From assembly GCA_964560875.1 (NCBI GenBank), contig CAZLMW010000025.1, forward strand, positions 812 to 64,811: a stretch of DNA of 64,000 bases. Reading direction: 5' to 3'. Below, one piece after another: positions 39,901 to 48,082 of this stretch (position 1 is the stretch's first letter; each line of letters opens with the position of its first letter). Under the pieces are notes generated by a model. The model saw nothing but the letters and a program-made list of their open reading frames with translations, had not been told where the DNA came from and did not search any database. Made by a program: the position numbers and the translations under genes. Source of the stretch: an uncultured Enterobacteriaceae bacterium. Its GTDB lineage: Bacteria > Myxococcota_A > UBA9042.

Positions 39901-40357
39901 GTTCTTCCTCGAATGCGGAGAGCGCCGTGACCTCGCGCGCGTCAAGGAGACGTTTGAGCGCATCGTCGACCACTTCGTCGACAAAGGTGACTGGCGATGG
40001 CGGTCGATGTTCCTGGCCACACTCGCCCTCATCGCGTCCCGAACGGGAGACGATCGCCGCGCCAAGGTGCTGCTGGATGAGTCGCGCCGGCTCGCCGACG
40101 GTCAACACGATCCCGCTGCCGGTGGCGTCTACGAGGTCTTCGCGGCCGGCGTTGAGCTGATCCAGGCAGACTCCGCAGCCAAGCCTGCAACCACGCAACG
40201 GCTCCGCAAGAGCGCCGCTCATCGGCTCGATTCGGTGCGATTGCCCCGCGACGGTCACACGATGGGAGGGGGCACCAAACCGCCCTTGACCGAGATGTGC
40301 TGCGAGGTTCGAACCGCGCTTCGGATCGTCGAGGCGATGGGGCTGACGCCCGCCTAG
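36932..40357 (+). CDS. Ser/Thr kinase-like (pseudokinase) domain + STAND/NB-ARC-like ATPase + TPR repeats
   Basis: Kinase fold (VVKRL, FEAR, HRNI, GYAAPE, DVYALG) with HGH replacing HRD and GFG replacing DFG. Walker A GVAGIGKS, Walker B LLVLDG, DGIPLAIELAAA, then TPR-like helices. Confidence 0.9.
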   Translation: MTEQLGSYELVRRIVTGDTADLYLGRRHGAAGFTRECVVKRLHPQLAADDAAVHSFLFEARLTATLQHRNIAQVLDLGRIGGAYYAALELIDGPDLERALPRVDAKDPLRPDLAAWIVARAADGVHFAHEFRDPLSDEPLELVHGHLSPRSIVISRQGDVKLHGFGRLGSGRAHNRPGYAAPEFVNGAVVDRRADVYALGLLLRALTAHDSDPGLEAIIGKATADDPRDRYEHAGHLATALMRWLIMAGQPDCTAALGQWVAANLDDLCPSFSDTKPAGKRGKRRRRRETLELDGREITSEIFESSQHAIPRHNLPDGKPPRLYGRTAELGRVADHLDAGARAVALGGVAGIGKSRIARSIARSHVDAGGSAWVVDLSDVATAEAAAGRVANALGVGMSGNTTKDAAIAHIGRALARAPLPLLVLDGVDLLVDDAPGVIPPLLSECPPLRMLITTRRRVQVDGVVSVVVQPLSIPSEPRKAARSDAVRFFVSRVRRVRKDYRPKRSEVTTIVGILRRLDGIPLAIELAAAVMADCTARQLLQRLETPSEVLEVTGRSSRARMGKRARTLRDAIALSWTQLSDSERENLQQLVVFRGGFDAEAVGAVLGEGVDASAVIDGLVAHSMVREVDETQRWGGDKARNAASSPRRPRFVMFESVRAFVYEQPVDPEARTLTLQRHGRYYVEEGERNASLVTTHDGPPAVAWLMDDRDNLAAVHRRALRGKGEAEGGAETALRICLLLSRVMILRGPKATLMAMYDDAIDALNGLSTTDVAQMDQTLLARSLARYAEYQALGGNARDGEKYAKRATQIARATGDIGAIAAAHYGRGVCYRLSGRTEQAIAATTRARSLAQRVEDIALEAEALNITGSVYYDMCERNVAAKCFVAAQAAARHVGHGELVAQLTCNLGCVCVERGNTDRALAYFHEALGQARTEGDIRLEGSIHLYMAVAAQERGDMGLSRMHFQRSIDLLDKVGFRHRKVYVEGLRAWFFLECGERRDLARVKETFERIVDHFVDKGDWRWRSMFLATLALIASRTGDDRRAKVLLDESRRLADGQHDPAAGGVYEVFAAGVELIQADSAAKPATTQRLRKSAAHRLDSVRLPRDGHTMGGGTKPPLTEMCCEVRTALRIVEAMGLTPA

Positions 40358-40370
40358 AGCCGCCTAGAGC
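40350..40370. repeat. Perfect 10-bp tandem duplication CCGCCTAGAG x2 at a convergent gene junction
   Basis: Read directly. Each copy contains CTAG; the two copies supply the TAG stops of the two convergent genes. Confidence 0.9.
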
Positions 40371-41233
40371 GGAAAGGCGAACACGAAGCCACGATTGCGC
40401 TTGGAGTCGCTGTCTCGCGTTGCCATCGCCTTGTAGAGCAGCTCCACAGGGACCCAGAACGGCGGGTATTTGTACCGCGCGACGTCGAGGATGAGCACGC
40501 TGTCGGTGGGCGCGTGGTAGGCGGCCAGGGGCGAAAAATGGCCGCCTCCCTTGCCGTTGTCGCTGAGAACGCCGCGCTTGAAGTTGACCGCCATGTGCCA
40601 GCCGGGACGGCCGAGGAAAAGCTTGACCCGTTTGCGAAACGCCGCCGCCGAATCGACGGTCTCGCAGTCATTCGGTCCGCTCGTGGCCGGTTTCGTCCCG
40701 CCGGCATGGGCACAGCCGGCGCGCACACCGTTGGTCTGCAGCAACATCCGGTTCTGTTGCAGCGTCATGCCCCTTCGCGAGACACGGTCTGGGTTGACGT
40801 GTTCGCGCGCGCCCTTGTGAAAGATGTTGCACTGCGTGAACCACGGATACGGCGCATAGGGCTGGGTGCAGGGTTTGCTGCCGTCCATGGAGTTGAGGAT
40901 CGTGGTCGCCGTTGCAACGCCGCAGAAAGACTGGGTGATTTGCTGCTCGGTATAGGCTTGGAGTCGCGCCTTGTCAGCGCAGTGGGTGCATTCTTCGAGC
41001 CGCCGCTGTCCCTCCGTCGTCAGGATCGACAACAAGCGCGACGGCAGCTTCTTGGCCCGGCATTGCTTCGGCGCGGGCCGGAAACGTTTCACGCAGGACA
41101 TCGGTCCGGGCGCGGGCGACGGACCGGATTTCTGAACCGGGGTGGAACACGCTGCAAACGCACCGACGAGTGCGATCGCGATCAAGTGCGCATGTCGGTC
41201 GCGCCGAATGGGAGCAAGCATCGATTCATCCAT
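40364..41233 (-). CDS. Phytochelatin synthase-like lipoprotein (peptidase C83, papain fold)
   Basis: Lipobox FAAC. QITQSFCGVA (Gln/Cys), GGHFSPLAAY (His) and LILDVARYKYPPFW (Asp) give an intact triad. Confidence 0.93.
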   Translation of the reverse strand: MDESMLAPIRRDRHAHLIAIALVGAFAACSTPVQKSGPSPAPGPMSCVKRFRPAPKQCRAKKLPSRLLSILTTEGQRRLEECTHCADKARLQAYTEQQITQSFCGVATATTILNSMDGSKPCTQPYAPYPWFTQCNIFHKGAREHVNPDRVSRRGMTLQQNRMLLQTNGVRAGCAHAGGTKPATSGPNDCETVDSAAAFRKRVKLFLGRPGWHMAVNFKRGVLSDNGKGGGHFSPLAAYHAPTDSVLILDVARYKYPPFWVPVELLYKAMATRDSDSKRNRGFVFAFPL

Positions 41234-42008
41234 TGAGCTCAGCGAGCGGATCGATCTGCAGGTAGCCGCGAAGCCAGCGCACGCCCATGTAGAACGGCAC
41301 GGTGTCGATCAGCGCGCAGACGAACTTGAACACATACCCCGAGGCGATGAGCGCGAACAACTGCGGCCAGATGGGTTGGTCGGCCTGGATCGGCAGCGCC
41401 TTGGCGTAGAAGTGGGTGATGAGGATGACCGCGGTGGAATCGACGAGCTGGCTCGCGAGGGTCGACGCGTTGTTGCGAAGCCACAGGTGCTTGCCTTTGG
41501 TCACGCGTTTCCAGAAGTGAAAGATGTACACATCACACATCTGCGCGGCCAGGTAGGCGATCATCGACGCGGCGACCGCGCCAAATGCCAGCGCGCGGAT
41601 TTCGTAGAACACGGGAACGCGGCCGGCGGCGTCGCGGACCAATTCTCCGGTCGTTGGGTCGATCGCCTCGTAGCCCGGCAAGATGCCGCCCGACCAGAGC
41701 ACTGCCACGACCCACACATTCAGCGCCAACCCCATCCACACGACGGCGCTGGCGCGGGCACGCCCGTAGAATTCGCTGATGAAATCGGTGCAGAGGAAGG
41801 TGACTGGATACGGCAAGACGCCCACGGCCAACACAAACGGGATCTTTGTGCCCGCCACCTCGAAGCTCATGTCGATGAAGCGGCTGATGCCGAGGATGTT
41901 GAGCATCGTCAACGAGCCGAGAAATAGCCCCGTCAGCACCAGAAACACGCGTTCACGGCGCGCGTGAAGGGCCGAAGCCTCGATCGGATGTAGCGCGGGT
42001 TCAGCCAT
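41226..42008 (-). CDS. yhhQ: Queuosine precursor transporter (YhhQ/VUT family)
   Basis: YPVTFLCTDFISEFYG, ASMIAYLAAQ..D...FH and WLRNNASTLASQLVDS motifs. Confidence 0.92.
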   Translation of the reverse strand: MAEPALHPIEASALHARRERVFLVLTGLFLGSLTMLNILGISRFIDMSFEVAGTKIPFVLAVGVLPYPVTFLCTDFISEFYGRARASAVVWMGLALNVWVVAVLWSGGILPGYEAIDPTTGELVRDAAGRVPVFYEIRALAFGAVAASMIAYLAAQMCDVYIFHFWKRVTKGKHLWLRNNASTLASQLVDSTAVILITHFYAKALPIQADQPIWPQLFALIASGYVFKFVCALIDTVPFYMGVRWLRGYLQIDPLAELNG

Positions 42009-42654
42009 CGGCACGTTCGACGCGCAGCGTTGCCAGGGCTGTGTCGACGAGGTGCTCTTCAAGCGCCTTGATCAGACCGCTGTCGTCGCCATCGGGCAGG
42101 TCGAGGTCCAGCAGTGCGGCCAGTCCTTCGGCATCGGCGAGGGCGTAACGAATCGCGAGGAAGATCACGTTGGCGAGCTCAAGCCGCACACGGCGCAACG
42201 GTCGACCGGTTGCCGCCGCCACGAGCTCTCCGGCGACCTTGATGAACGGCGTCAGGACATCCGCGTCGGCGTTGTTGGGATCGCCCGCGAGCGCGCCGTG
42301 ATCCACGACCTGGCGCATCACGAGTCGGACGGCATCTCGCCGCTGCCTGGCGAACTGGAACGCCACGCGGACGCACTTGTCGATCAGCGTGGCGAGGTCA
42401 TCATCGGCGGCTACGGCTTCCTCGAACGCGGTAGTGACGGAGCCGAGGTCTTCCCAAAGCGCGCCAACCGCTACGGTGTAGAGCGAATCCTTGGTCCCGA
42501 AATAGTGGTGCAGGGTGGCGACCGAGACATCGGAGGCGCGGGCGATGTCGCGGGTCGAAACCCCGGTTGCTCCGCGCCGGCTGAACAAGCGCGTGGCAGC
42601 GGTGAGGATCCGAGCGCGCGTCGCTTCGGCATCAGCGTTACGAGGTCTAGCCAT
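42001..42654 (-). CDS. TetR/AcrR family transcriptional regulator
   Basis: N-terminal HTH RARILTAATRLFSRRG...STRDIARASDVSVATLHHYFGTKDSL. Confidence 0.93.
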   Translation of the reverse strand: MARPRNADAEATRARILTAATRLFSRRGATGVSTRDIARASDVSVATLHHYFGTKDSLYTVAVGALWEDLGSVTTAFEEAVAADDDLATLIDKCVRVAFQFARQRRDAVRLVMRQVVDHGALAGDPNNADADVLTPFIKVAGELVAAATGRPLRRVRLELANVIFLAIRYALADAEGLAALLDLDLPDGDDSGLIKALEEHLVDTALATLRVERADG

Positions 42655-42697
42655 TAGCCCATCGTCAACAACAGGGGCACGGATATCAAGGAATAGA

Positions 42698-44998
42698 TCA
42701 GATGCCCAGTTCGGGACTCTTGGCGATCCGCATCGGTCCGAGCTTGATGAGCGCCGGCACGAGCATGAGGTCTGCCAACAGCGCGACCACGAGCGTCATC
42801 GGTAGCATCGTCCCCATGATCTTCGTGGAGAAATAGTCGCTGGTCGCGTTGGGCAAGAAACCGATGACCAGGATCGCCGTCGTCATCACGATGGCGCGCC
42901 CGGCGAAGAGGAACGTGCGGCTGATGGCCTCGTCGTCGTTGGCGGCGCGTTGGGCCTCGACCCGGTAGCGCGACACGAAATGGATGGTGTCATCGACGCC
43001 GATGCCGATCGCCAGCATCGCGACGGCAAGGGTGTCCGAATCGACCGGATCCCAGGCGAGCCCGACGTACCCACCCAGGGTCAGCAGCGGCAGCATGTTG
43101 GGCAACATCGACCAGAGGCCAACGCGCACGGATCGGGCCACGAACATCATCATGAACGCGATGATGGCGAACGACAGCGCCAGGCCCTGCGCCTGTCCGG
43201 CGAGGATTTCGTCGAGCCAGCTGCCCATCAAGTACCAGCCGCCGGTGACCTCCAGCTTGAGGTCGGGGCCCAGGTGTTTGGCTGCGAGGGCTCGGACCTG
43301 TCCACCGGCGCGCCGGGCCTCGCGAAACGCCGTTGTGTTCATGCGCACCGCGATGCGCAAAGACTTGCGATCGAAGTCGATCACCCGTGAAAGATCGCTG
43401 CCGCCGCCCATCTCGAAGAGCAGCAGGTACTGGGCGAACGCCTCGCGCGAGGTGGGGAGGCTGCCCTTGGGCGCATCGGCGAAGCTGTGGTGAATGCGCC
43501 GCATCAGGTCGACGAGCGACATCGCGGTGTCCACGTCCTCGAGCGCAACGACAGCGTCTTGAAAAGCCGCGACTCGCTTCATCGCGTCCGCCTCGAGGAT
43601 TTGCCCGGGGCCGCTGCTGTGCACATACACCTCGAGCAGCGCGCTGCCCGAAAAGTGCCTCTCGAAGTAGCGCTGGTCGACGCGAACCACGTTATCTTCG
43701 GCCATCCGCGCCTGCATGTCGGCGTCGATGTTCATGACGCTGATGCCGTAGAGCGAAACAGCGAGGACGACCGCCCACATCGCCACGGTGGCCACCGGTT
43801 TGTCGGTCGAAAAGCGCCGCATCGCCGCGAGGACGCGGTCGATCGAGGCGTAAGCGCGGGATTGGTCGCTCCAGCGGTGATAGTCGGGGGCCGGCAACAG
43901 CGACAACAGCACGGGCATCGCGGTCACCGCGATCAGCAGCGCGACGGCGACGCCGAACCCGAGCACGATGCCCAGCTGCCGAAACATCGGCGTTGGGACT
44001 AGCGACAGACACATGAAACCGACAAATGTCGTCATGGACGTGTAGAGGCAGGCCCGTCCGACATCGCTGGCGCTGCGGATGATCGCGTCGTGTTGGCTGT
44101 GTCCCTCGCCGAGCTCGAGCAGGTAGGCGCTGTACAGGTGAACCACGTCTGAGAAGCCGACGATCATCACCACGGCTGGGACCATCGCGAGCATCACGTT
44201 GATCTCGGGGTTGAGGAACACGGAAAACGCCACGGTCCACGAGATGGCCAGGACGCTGACCCCGCCCGTGACAAAGACCGGCAGCAGCGCGCGGAAGAGC
44301 ACGAAAACAACGAGCAAAAGCGCGACGACGATGAACGGAAAGCGCGCTGTGAGGGTGCGCTTGCTCTCTTCGATCACCTCGAAAACCGTGGCGACCATGC
44401 CCGCCTTGTGCAGCTGCTCGCCCTTGATTCCGGCTTTCTCGAAGATATCGAGCATCGCCTTGATCAGCTCGGGGCCACGTTCGGCTGGCCGATCCACGTT
44501 GGGGGTCAGTTCGACCACGATGGCGATATGGCGCGCGTCGGCTGACAGCAATGTGCCGCGGATGTACTCGTCGTTTTGGAGCGCGGCGAGGACTTCGGGG
44601 GTCTTGTCCGGTTCGTCTTCAGCGGCGCGGGCGTAGCGTTTCACCTTGAGCATGCCGCCGCTCGCCCGGATCTCCTGTGCGTTGTAGATGCTGTCGACGC
44701 GCTGCACGTCCTCGAGTTCGAGGATCGCGTCGATCGCGTTCTGCATCGCCTCGATGCGCTCCAGCGCGAGGGGCTCGTCGGCTTTGAAGCCCCAGATCAG
44801 AACTTCGTCGCTGCTGAACTCGCGCGCGAGGTCCAAGAAGCGGTGGAAGTCGGGGTTGTCCCCCATGAACATCGCGGCAAGAGACGTCGCGATGACGGCG
44901 CGGCTGGAGGTGTACCAAGCCGAAAAGACCGAGATGCCGAGCACGATCGCCAGCGTGGCGATTCGGTGGCGCAGGATAAAGCGGAACCACGCCTGCAT
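42698..44998 (-). CDS. MMPL/RND superfamily lipid transporter
   Basis: Two repeats of TM1, periplasmic domain and 5 TM helices; GFSDVVH and GIGVDDTIH proton-relay motifs. Confidence 0.92.
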   Translation of the reverse strand: MQAWFRFILRHRIATLAIVLGISVFSAWYTSSRAVIATSLAAMFMGDNPDFHRFLDLAREFSSDEVLIWGFKADEPLALERIEAMQNAIDAILELEDVQRVDSIYNAQEIRASGGMLKVKRYARAAEDEPDKTPEVLAALQNDEYIRGTLLSADARHIAIVVELTPNVDRPAERGPELIKAMLDIFEKAGIKGEQLHKAGMVATVFEVIEESKRTLTARFPFIVVALLLVVFVLFRALLPVFVTGGVSVLAISWTVAFSVFLNPEINVMLAMVPAVVMIVGFSDVVHLYSAYLLELGEGHSQHDAIIRSASDVGRACLYTSMTTFVGFMCLSLVPTPMFRQLGIVLGFGVAVALLIAVTAMPVLLSLLPAPDYHRWSDQSRAYASIDRVLAAMRRFSTDKPVATVAMWAVVLAVSLYGISVMNIDADMQARMAEDNVVRVDQRYFERHFSGSALLEVYVHSSGPGQILEADAMKRVAAFQDAVVALEDVDTAMSLVDLMRRIHHSFADAPKGSLPTSREAFAQYLLLFEMGGGSDLSRVIDFDRKSLRIAVRMNTTAFREARRAGGQVRALAAKHLGPDLKLEVTGGWYLMGSWLDEILAGQAQGLALSFAIIAFMMMFVARSVRVGLWSMLPNMLPLLTLGGYVGLAWDPVDSDTLAVAMLAIGIGVDDTIHFVSRYRVEAQRAANDDEAISRTFLFAGRAIVMTTAILVIGFLPNATSDYFSTKIMGTMLPMTLVVALLADLMLVPALIKLGPMRIAKSPELGI

Positions 44999-45037
44999 GA
45001 CGCGACGATGCGGGATTGTTGGTGGCTGGGCAAGCCG

Positions 45038-46525
45038 TCAGCGCGCGGCGAGGAAGTTGCCGTGAAAGGTCATCGGGACGTGGTGGTCGAAATGGCAGCG
45101 GGCGAGCGCTTCACGGCTGGGATCGGCGGCGTCGAGTACGGCGACGTGGCTGGTGTCGATGACCGGATCGTAGACGAGCGTCAGCAACCAGCCGTCGTCT
45201 TCGGCGGTCGCGCCGGGTCGCGGCACGAACACGGGTTCGCTGGGCCAGCAACCGGGGCGAGATTGGCTCGCGATGGCGTCTCCCGTCTGTGAATCGACCT
45301 TGATGATGCGCTCGTCGGCGAAGTCACCCGCGTCGCCCTGGCACATCCACACGTACCGGTGCGCCCTGCCCTCGACGCGCGGATTGACGCGCGCGAACTC
45401 GCCGTAGACTTCGCCCACATCGGTGGTGGTCATCGTCTTGGCCGACAAATCGATCCGGCATTGTGCGTAGCGCCCTTTGTAGTCTCCGCGCGGATTCGTG
45501 GGCCGTGTCGTCGCGTCGTTGCCGGCGTGGATTAGATCGCCGACGCCCTGCATCGAGTCGAAGTTGTCGTAACGGCACAGGTCGAAGCGAATCGTCCCGT
45601 CGTCCGTCGAAAAGCCGTTGCCGAAGTGCCAGACCCAGAACGGATCGGCCTCAAAACGCGTGACGTTGGCTGGGTCATCGAGCGGCACGACGACAACTTC
45701 CATGCCGAGATCTGGCCGCCAAGCGAATGTCTTGTGGGCTGGTCGCATCATCGCGAGCGCTCGCCAGACGTTGATCTTCACCGGTGAGATGAGGGCCACG
45801 AGGTGGTTTTCGGTGGCGACGAAGTCGTGAATCATCGTCGGAAAACGCAGGGCAACCGTGCTGATCCGGCGCGCCGGTCGCTGCGCATGCCACGCGTAGA
45901 AATCCAGGTGCGACGTGACGCCGTAGCGCACGCCGATATTGAAGACCGTGTCGAGCGCGTCGACCCGATGCGGATGGGCGGAAAACGGGCCCACGACAGC
46001 CCCGCCGAGATCGGTTTCGCCGATGGTTTGCAGCGTGTCGGGATCGAGCTCGTAGGGTTTGCCGACTTCCATCAGCGCAAAGAGTCGCCCCTGCCACGGC
46101 AAGACATTCGTATTCGCCGCGTTTTTGATCTTGCCAGTCCATGCCTTGCTGATGCGCGACCACAACGGGGCCGACCAGCCATAGCGAAGTCCCCCTGCCG
46201 CGCGCTCTTCCAGCAGTCCGTCGGTTTGCACGAGCGCAGCCGCGCCCTCTGCTCGTCCGTCGCCGAAACGAACGGCAACCACGCCCCCGTCGCCTTCGAA
46301 CCAGTGGCTGTACACATCTCCAAACGGTGCGACCTGCATGGCCCCGTTTCGATACAGCGTGCCCTGCAGCCCAGCGGGGAGTTCGCCCTCGATCCGCAGC
46401 TGCTCGAATCCGTGTTCGCGCGGCAGGTTGCGCATGACCGACGTCCAGTCCCGGTTCGGATCGCCCGTCTGGGCATCGGTGTTGGTGGTCGACGAGGACT
46501 TTTTTTGCATGGCGTCGAAGGGCAT
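45038..46525 (-). CDS. Carotenoid/stilbene cleavage oxygenase family (RPE65-like)
   Basis: HWFEGDG, four Fe-ligand His motifs (FSAHPH, MIHDF, VWHF, TFHG), EFARVNP and EPVFVPRP. Start ATG 46525 inferred. Confidence 0.93.
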   Translation of the reverse strand: MPFDAMQKKSSSTTNTDAQTGDPNRDWTSVMRNLPREHGFEQLRIEGELPAGLQGTLYRNGAMQVAPFGDVYSHWFEGDGGVVAVRFGDGRAEGAAALVQTDGLLEERAAGGLRYGWSAPLWSRISKAWTGKIKNAANTNVLPWQGRLFALMEVGKPYELDPDTLQTIGETDLGGAVVGPFSAHPHRVDALDTVFNIGVRYGVTSHLDFYAWHAQRPARRISTVALRFPTMIHDFVATENHLVALISPVKINVWRALAMMRPAHKTFAWRPDLGMEVVVVPLDDPANVTRFEADPFWVWHFGNGFSTDDGTIRFDLCRYDNFDSMQGVGDLIHAGNDATTRPTNPRGDYKGRYAQCRIDLSAKTMTTTDVGEVYGEFARVNPRVEGRAHRYVWMCQGDAGDFADERIIKVDSQTGDAIASQSRPGCWPSEPVFVPRPGATAEDDGWLLTLVYDPVIDTSHVAVLDAADPSREALARCHFDHHVPMTFHGNFLAAR

Positions 46526-46575
46526 CGTGCTCTCCCGAATCGATGGAGTTGTGGCCGGCAGGAAGTTGCGTCGGC

Positions 46576-46596
46576 AATGTAAGCGCTGATAACATT
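46576..46596. promoter_or_regulatory. Putative TetR operator, imperfect palindrome AATGTAAGCGCTGATAACATT
   Basis: AATGT-N11-ACATT dyad in the spacer between the divergent oxygenase and TetR genes. Confidence 0.6.
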
Positions 46597-46702
46597 CGCA
46601 GCGACGACCTTGCAATGCCCGGTGCCGACGGGCATTGGAGCAAAGGGGTCGGGTCGCCCCGCCGAAGCGACAGACAAAGACCGTACAGCTACGAGGGAAA
46701 CG

Positions 46703-47377
46703 ATGAACCGGCCCAGCTATCACCACGGCAACCTCCGCGCGGCTCTCGTCGCCGCGGGCACCGAACTCATCGCCGAGTCGGGCGTCGAAGCGGTCAATAT
46801 GCGCGAACTGGCGCGTCGGGCTGGGGTGTCATCGGCGGCGCCGTATCGCCATTTCGCGGACAAGGACACGCTGCTCGCGGCCATCGCCGCCCAGGGTTTT
46901 GAGCGCCTCGTCGATCGCATGCGGGAAGTGGTCGCTGATGCCGACGATGCGTCGGAGGGGTTCGCGCGCCAGGGGATGGCGTTCAGCACGTTCGCGATCG
47001 CCAACCCCGCGCATTTTCGGGTGATGTATCTGCCGCACCTGCACGACGAAGAGCGGTTTCCGGACGTCGTTGCGCTGTCGCAGGAGGCAACTGGGCTGCT
47101 GTTCGGTCAGATCAAGGCCGCGCAACAGGCTGGGTTGGTTGCCAACTTCGATGTGCAACATATCGCGCTGGCCGCGCTCGCCCTCGTCTACGGCACCGCC
47201 CGTCTCTTCGTCGATGGCGTGATCCCCGATTCGGACCCTTGCATCGCGCAGCAGGTGACCGCCGCGGTGATCGAGGTCATGGGCAAAGGCATCGCGCCGC
47301 GGGCTGGCCAGGACTCCGAGCGCCCTCAATCCATCGCGACGATCCAGGCGCGCCTGATGCCCTTCGCGGGCGAGTGA
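46703..47377 (+). CDS. TetR/AcrR family regulator (WHG-type C-terminal domain)
   Basis: YHHGNLRAAL...LARRAGVSSAAPYRHFADK HTH; NPAHFRVMY and ALVYG C-terminal motifs. Confidence 0.93.
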   Translation: MNRPSYHHGNLRAALVAAGTELIAESGVEAVNMRELARRAGVSSAAPYRHFADKDTLLAAIAAQGFERLVDRMREVVADADDASEGFARQGMAFSTFAIANPAHFRVMYLPHLHDEERFPDVVALSQEATGLLFGQIKAAQQAGLVANFDVQHIALAALALVYGTARLFVDGVIPDSDPCIAQQVTAAVIEVMGKGIAPRAGQDSERPQSIATIQARLMPFAGE

Positions 47378-47380
47378 GTG

Positions 47381-48028
47381 TCAGGCGATCGGCCCGGTGA
47401 TTCGTCCCGTGAGCTGGTCGGTGAGCGCCAGCAGGACAACGCGGGTCGCCAGGACGAGATCGTCCAGCTGCCAGGTCATGCCACCGACCGAGCGCGGTTT
47501 GCCCGGCATCGGCAGGTGCACAAACAGCGTCAGGGGACGTGGATCGAGGCGTTCCGCGATCTCGAGCGCGGCAAAGTAGGTGCTGTTGCAGACGTAGCGG
47601 CCGGCGTCGTCTGAGACGCGGGCGGGCAGACCATGGCGTCGAATTCTGGCTGCGATTGCGCCGGTGGCGATGCTCGATTCCAGTTTGTCTGCGATTCCAA
47701 ATCCGCAATGACAGCGTTCACCCATCGGCAGGACGTTGTCGACGTCGGGGCGCGACGCAGTTCGTTCGTTGGCCGCCAGCCGTTCGACGCGGATCTCGGT
47801 CGCGTTGACCGCCACGCCGAGGTGAAGGCCGATCGCAGGCCGCATTTCGCTGTAGCTGCGTTGAATGCAAGCCGCTGCACGTTCGAAGGAAACCGGCAGC
47901 GTCGTCGACCGGATCGCAAACCCCGGCCGGCGTCGACCGTCGAGCGCGGTCGCGACGCGCGCCGTGGGGTTGTCATCGACCCCTGGAAAAGGGCCAAAAC
48001 CGGTCAGCCAAATGGTCCGTGTCGTCAC
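47381..48028 (-). CDS. pcp: Pyroglutamyl-peptidase I (peptidase C15)
   Basis: TGFGPF...NPT, HLGV, ERLAAN (Glu), SDDAGRYVCN (Cys) and FVHLP (His). Confidence 0.93.
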   Translation of the reverse strand: MTTRTIWLTGFGPFPGVDDNPTARVATALDGRRRPGFAIRSTTLPVSFERAAACIQRSYSEMRPAIGLHLGVAVNATEIRVERLAANERTASRPDVDNVLPMGERCHCGFGIADKLESSIATGAIAARIRRHGLPARVSDDAGRYVCNSTYFAALEIAERLDPRPLTLFVHLPMPGKPRSVGGMTWQLDDLVLATRVVLLALTDQLTGRITGPIA

Positions 48029-48082
48029 ATCGCCATGATACCGTAGCCGCGCGCGGGTCGACGAAAACTTCGCGAGGTTCCG

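Noticed and set aside
36932-40357. Assignment to a named Avs anti-phage system
   Set aside because: There is no nuclease, TIR or sirtuin effector and no defence-island context. The architecture also matches common signalling STANDs.
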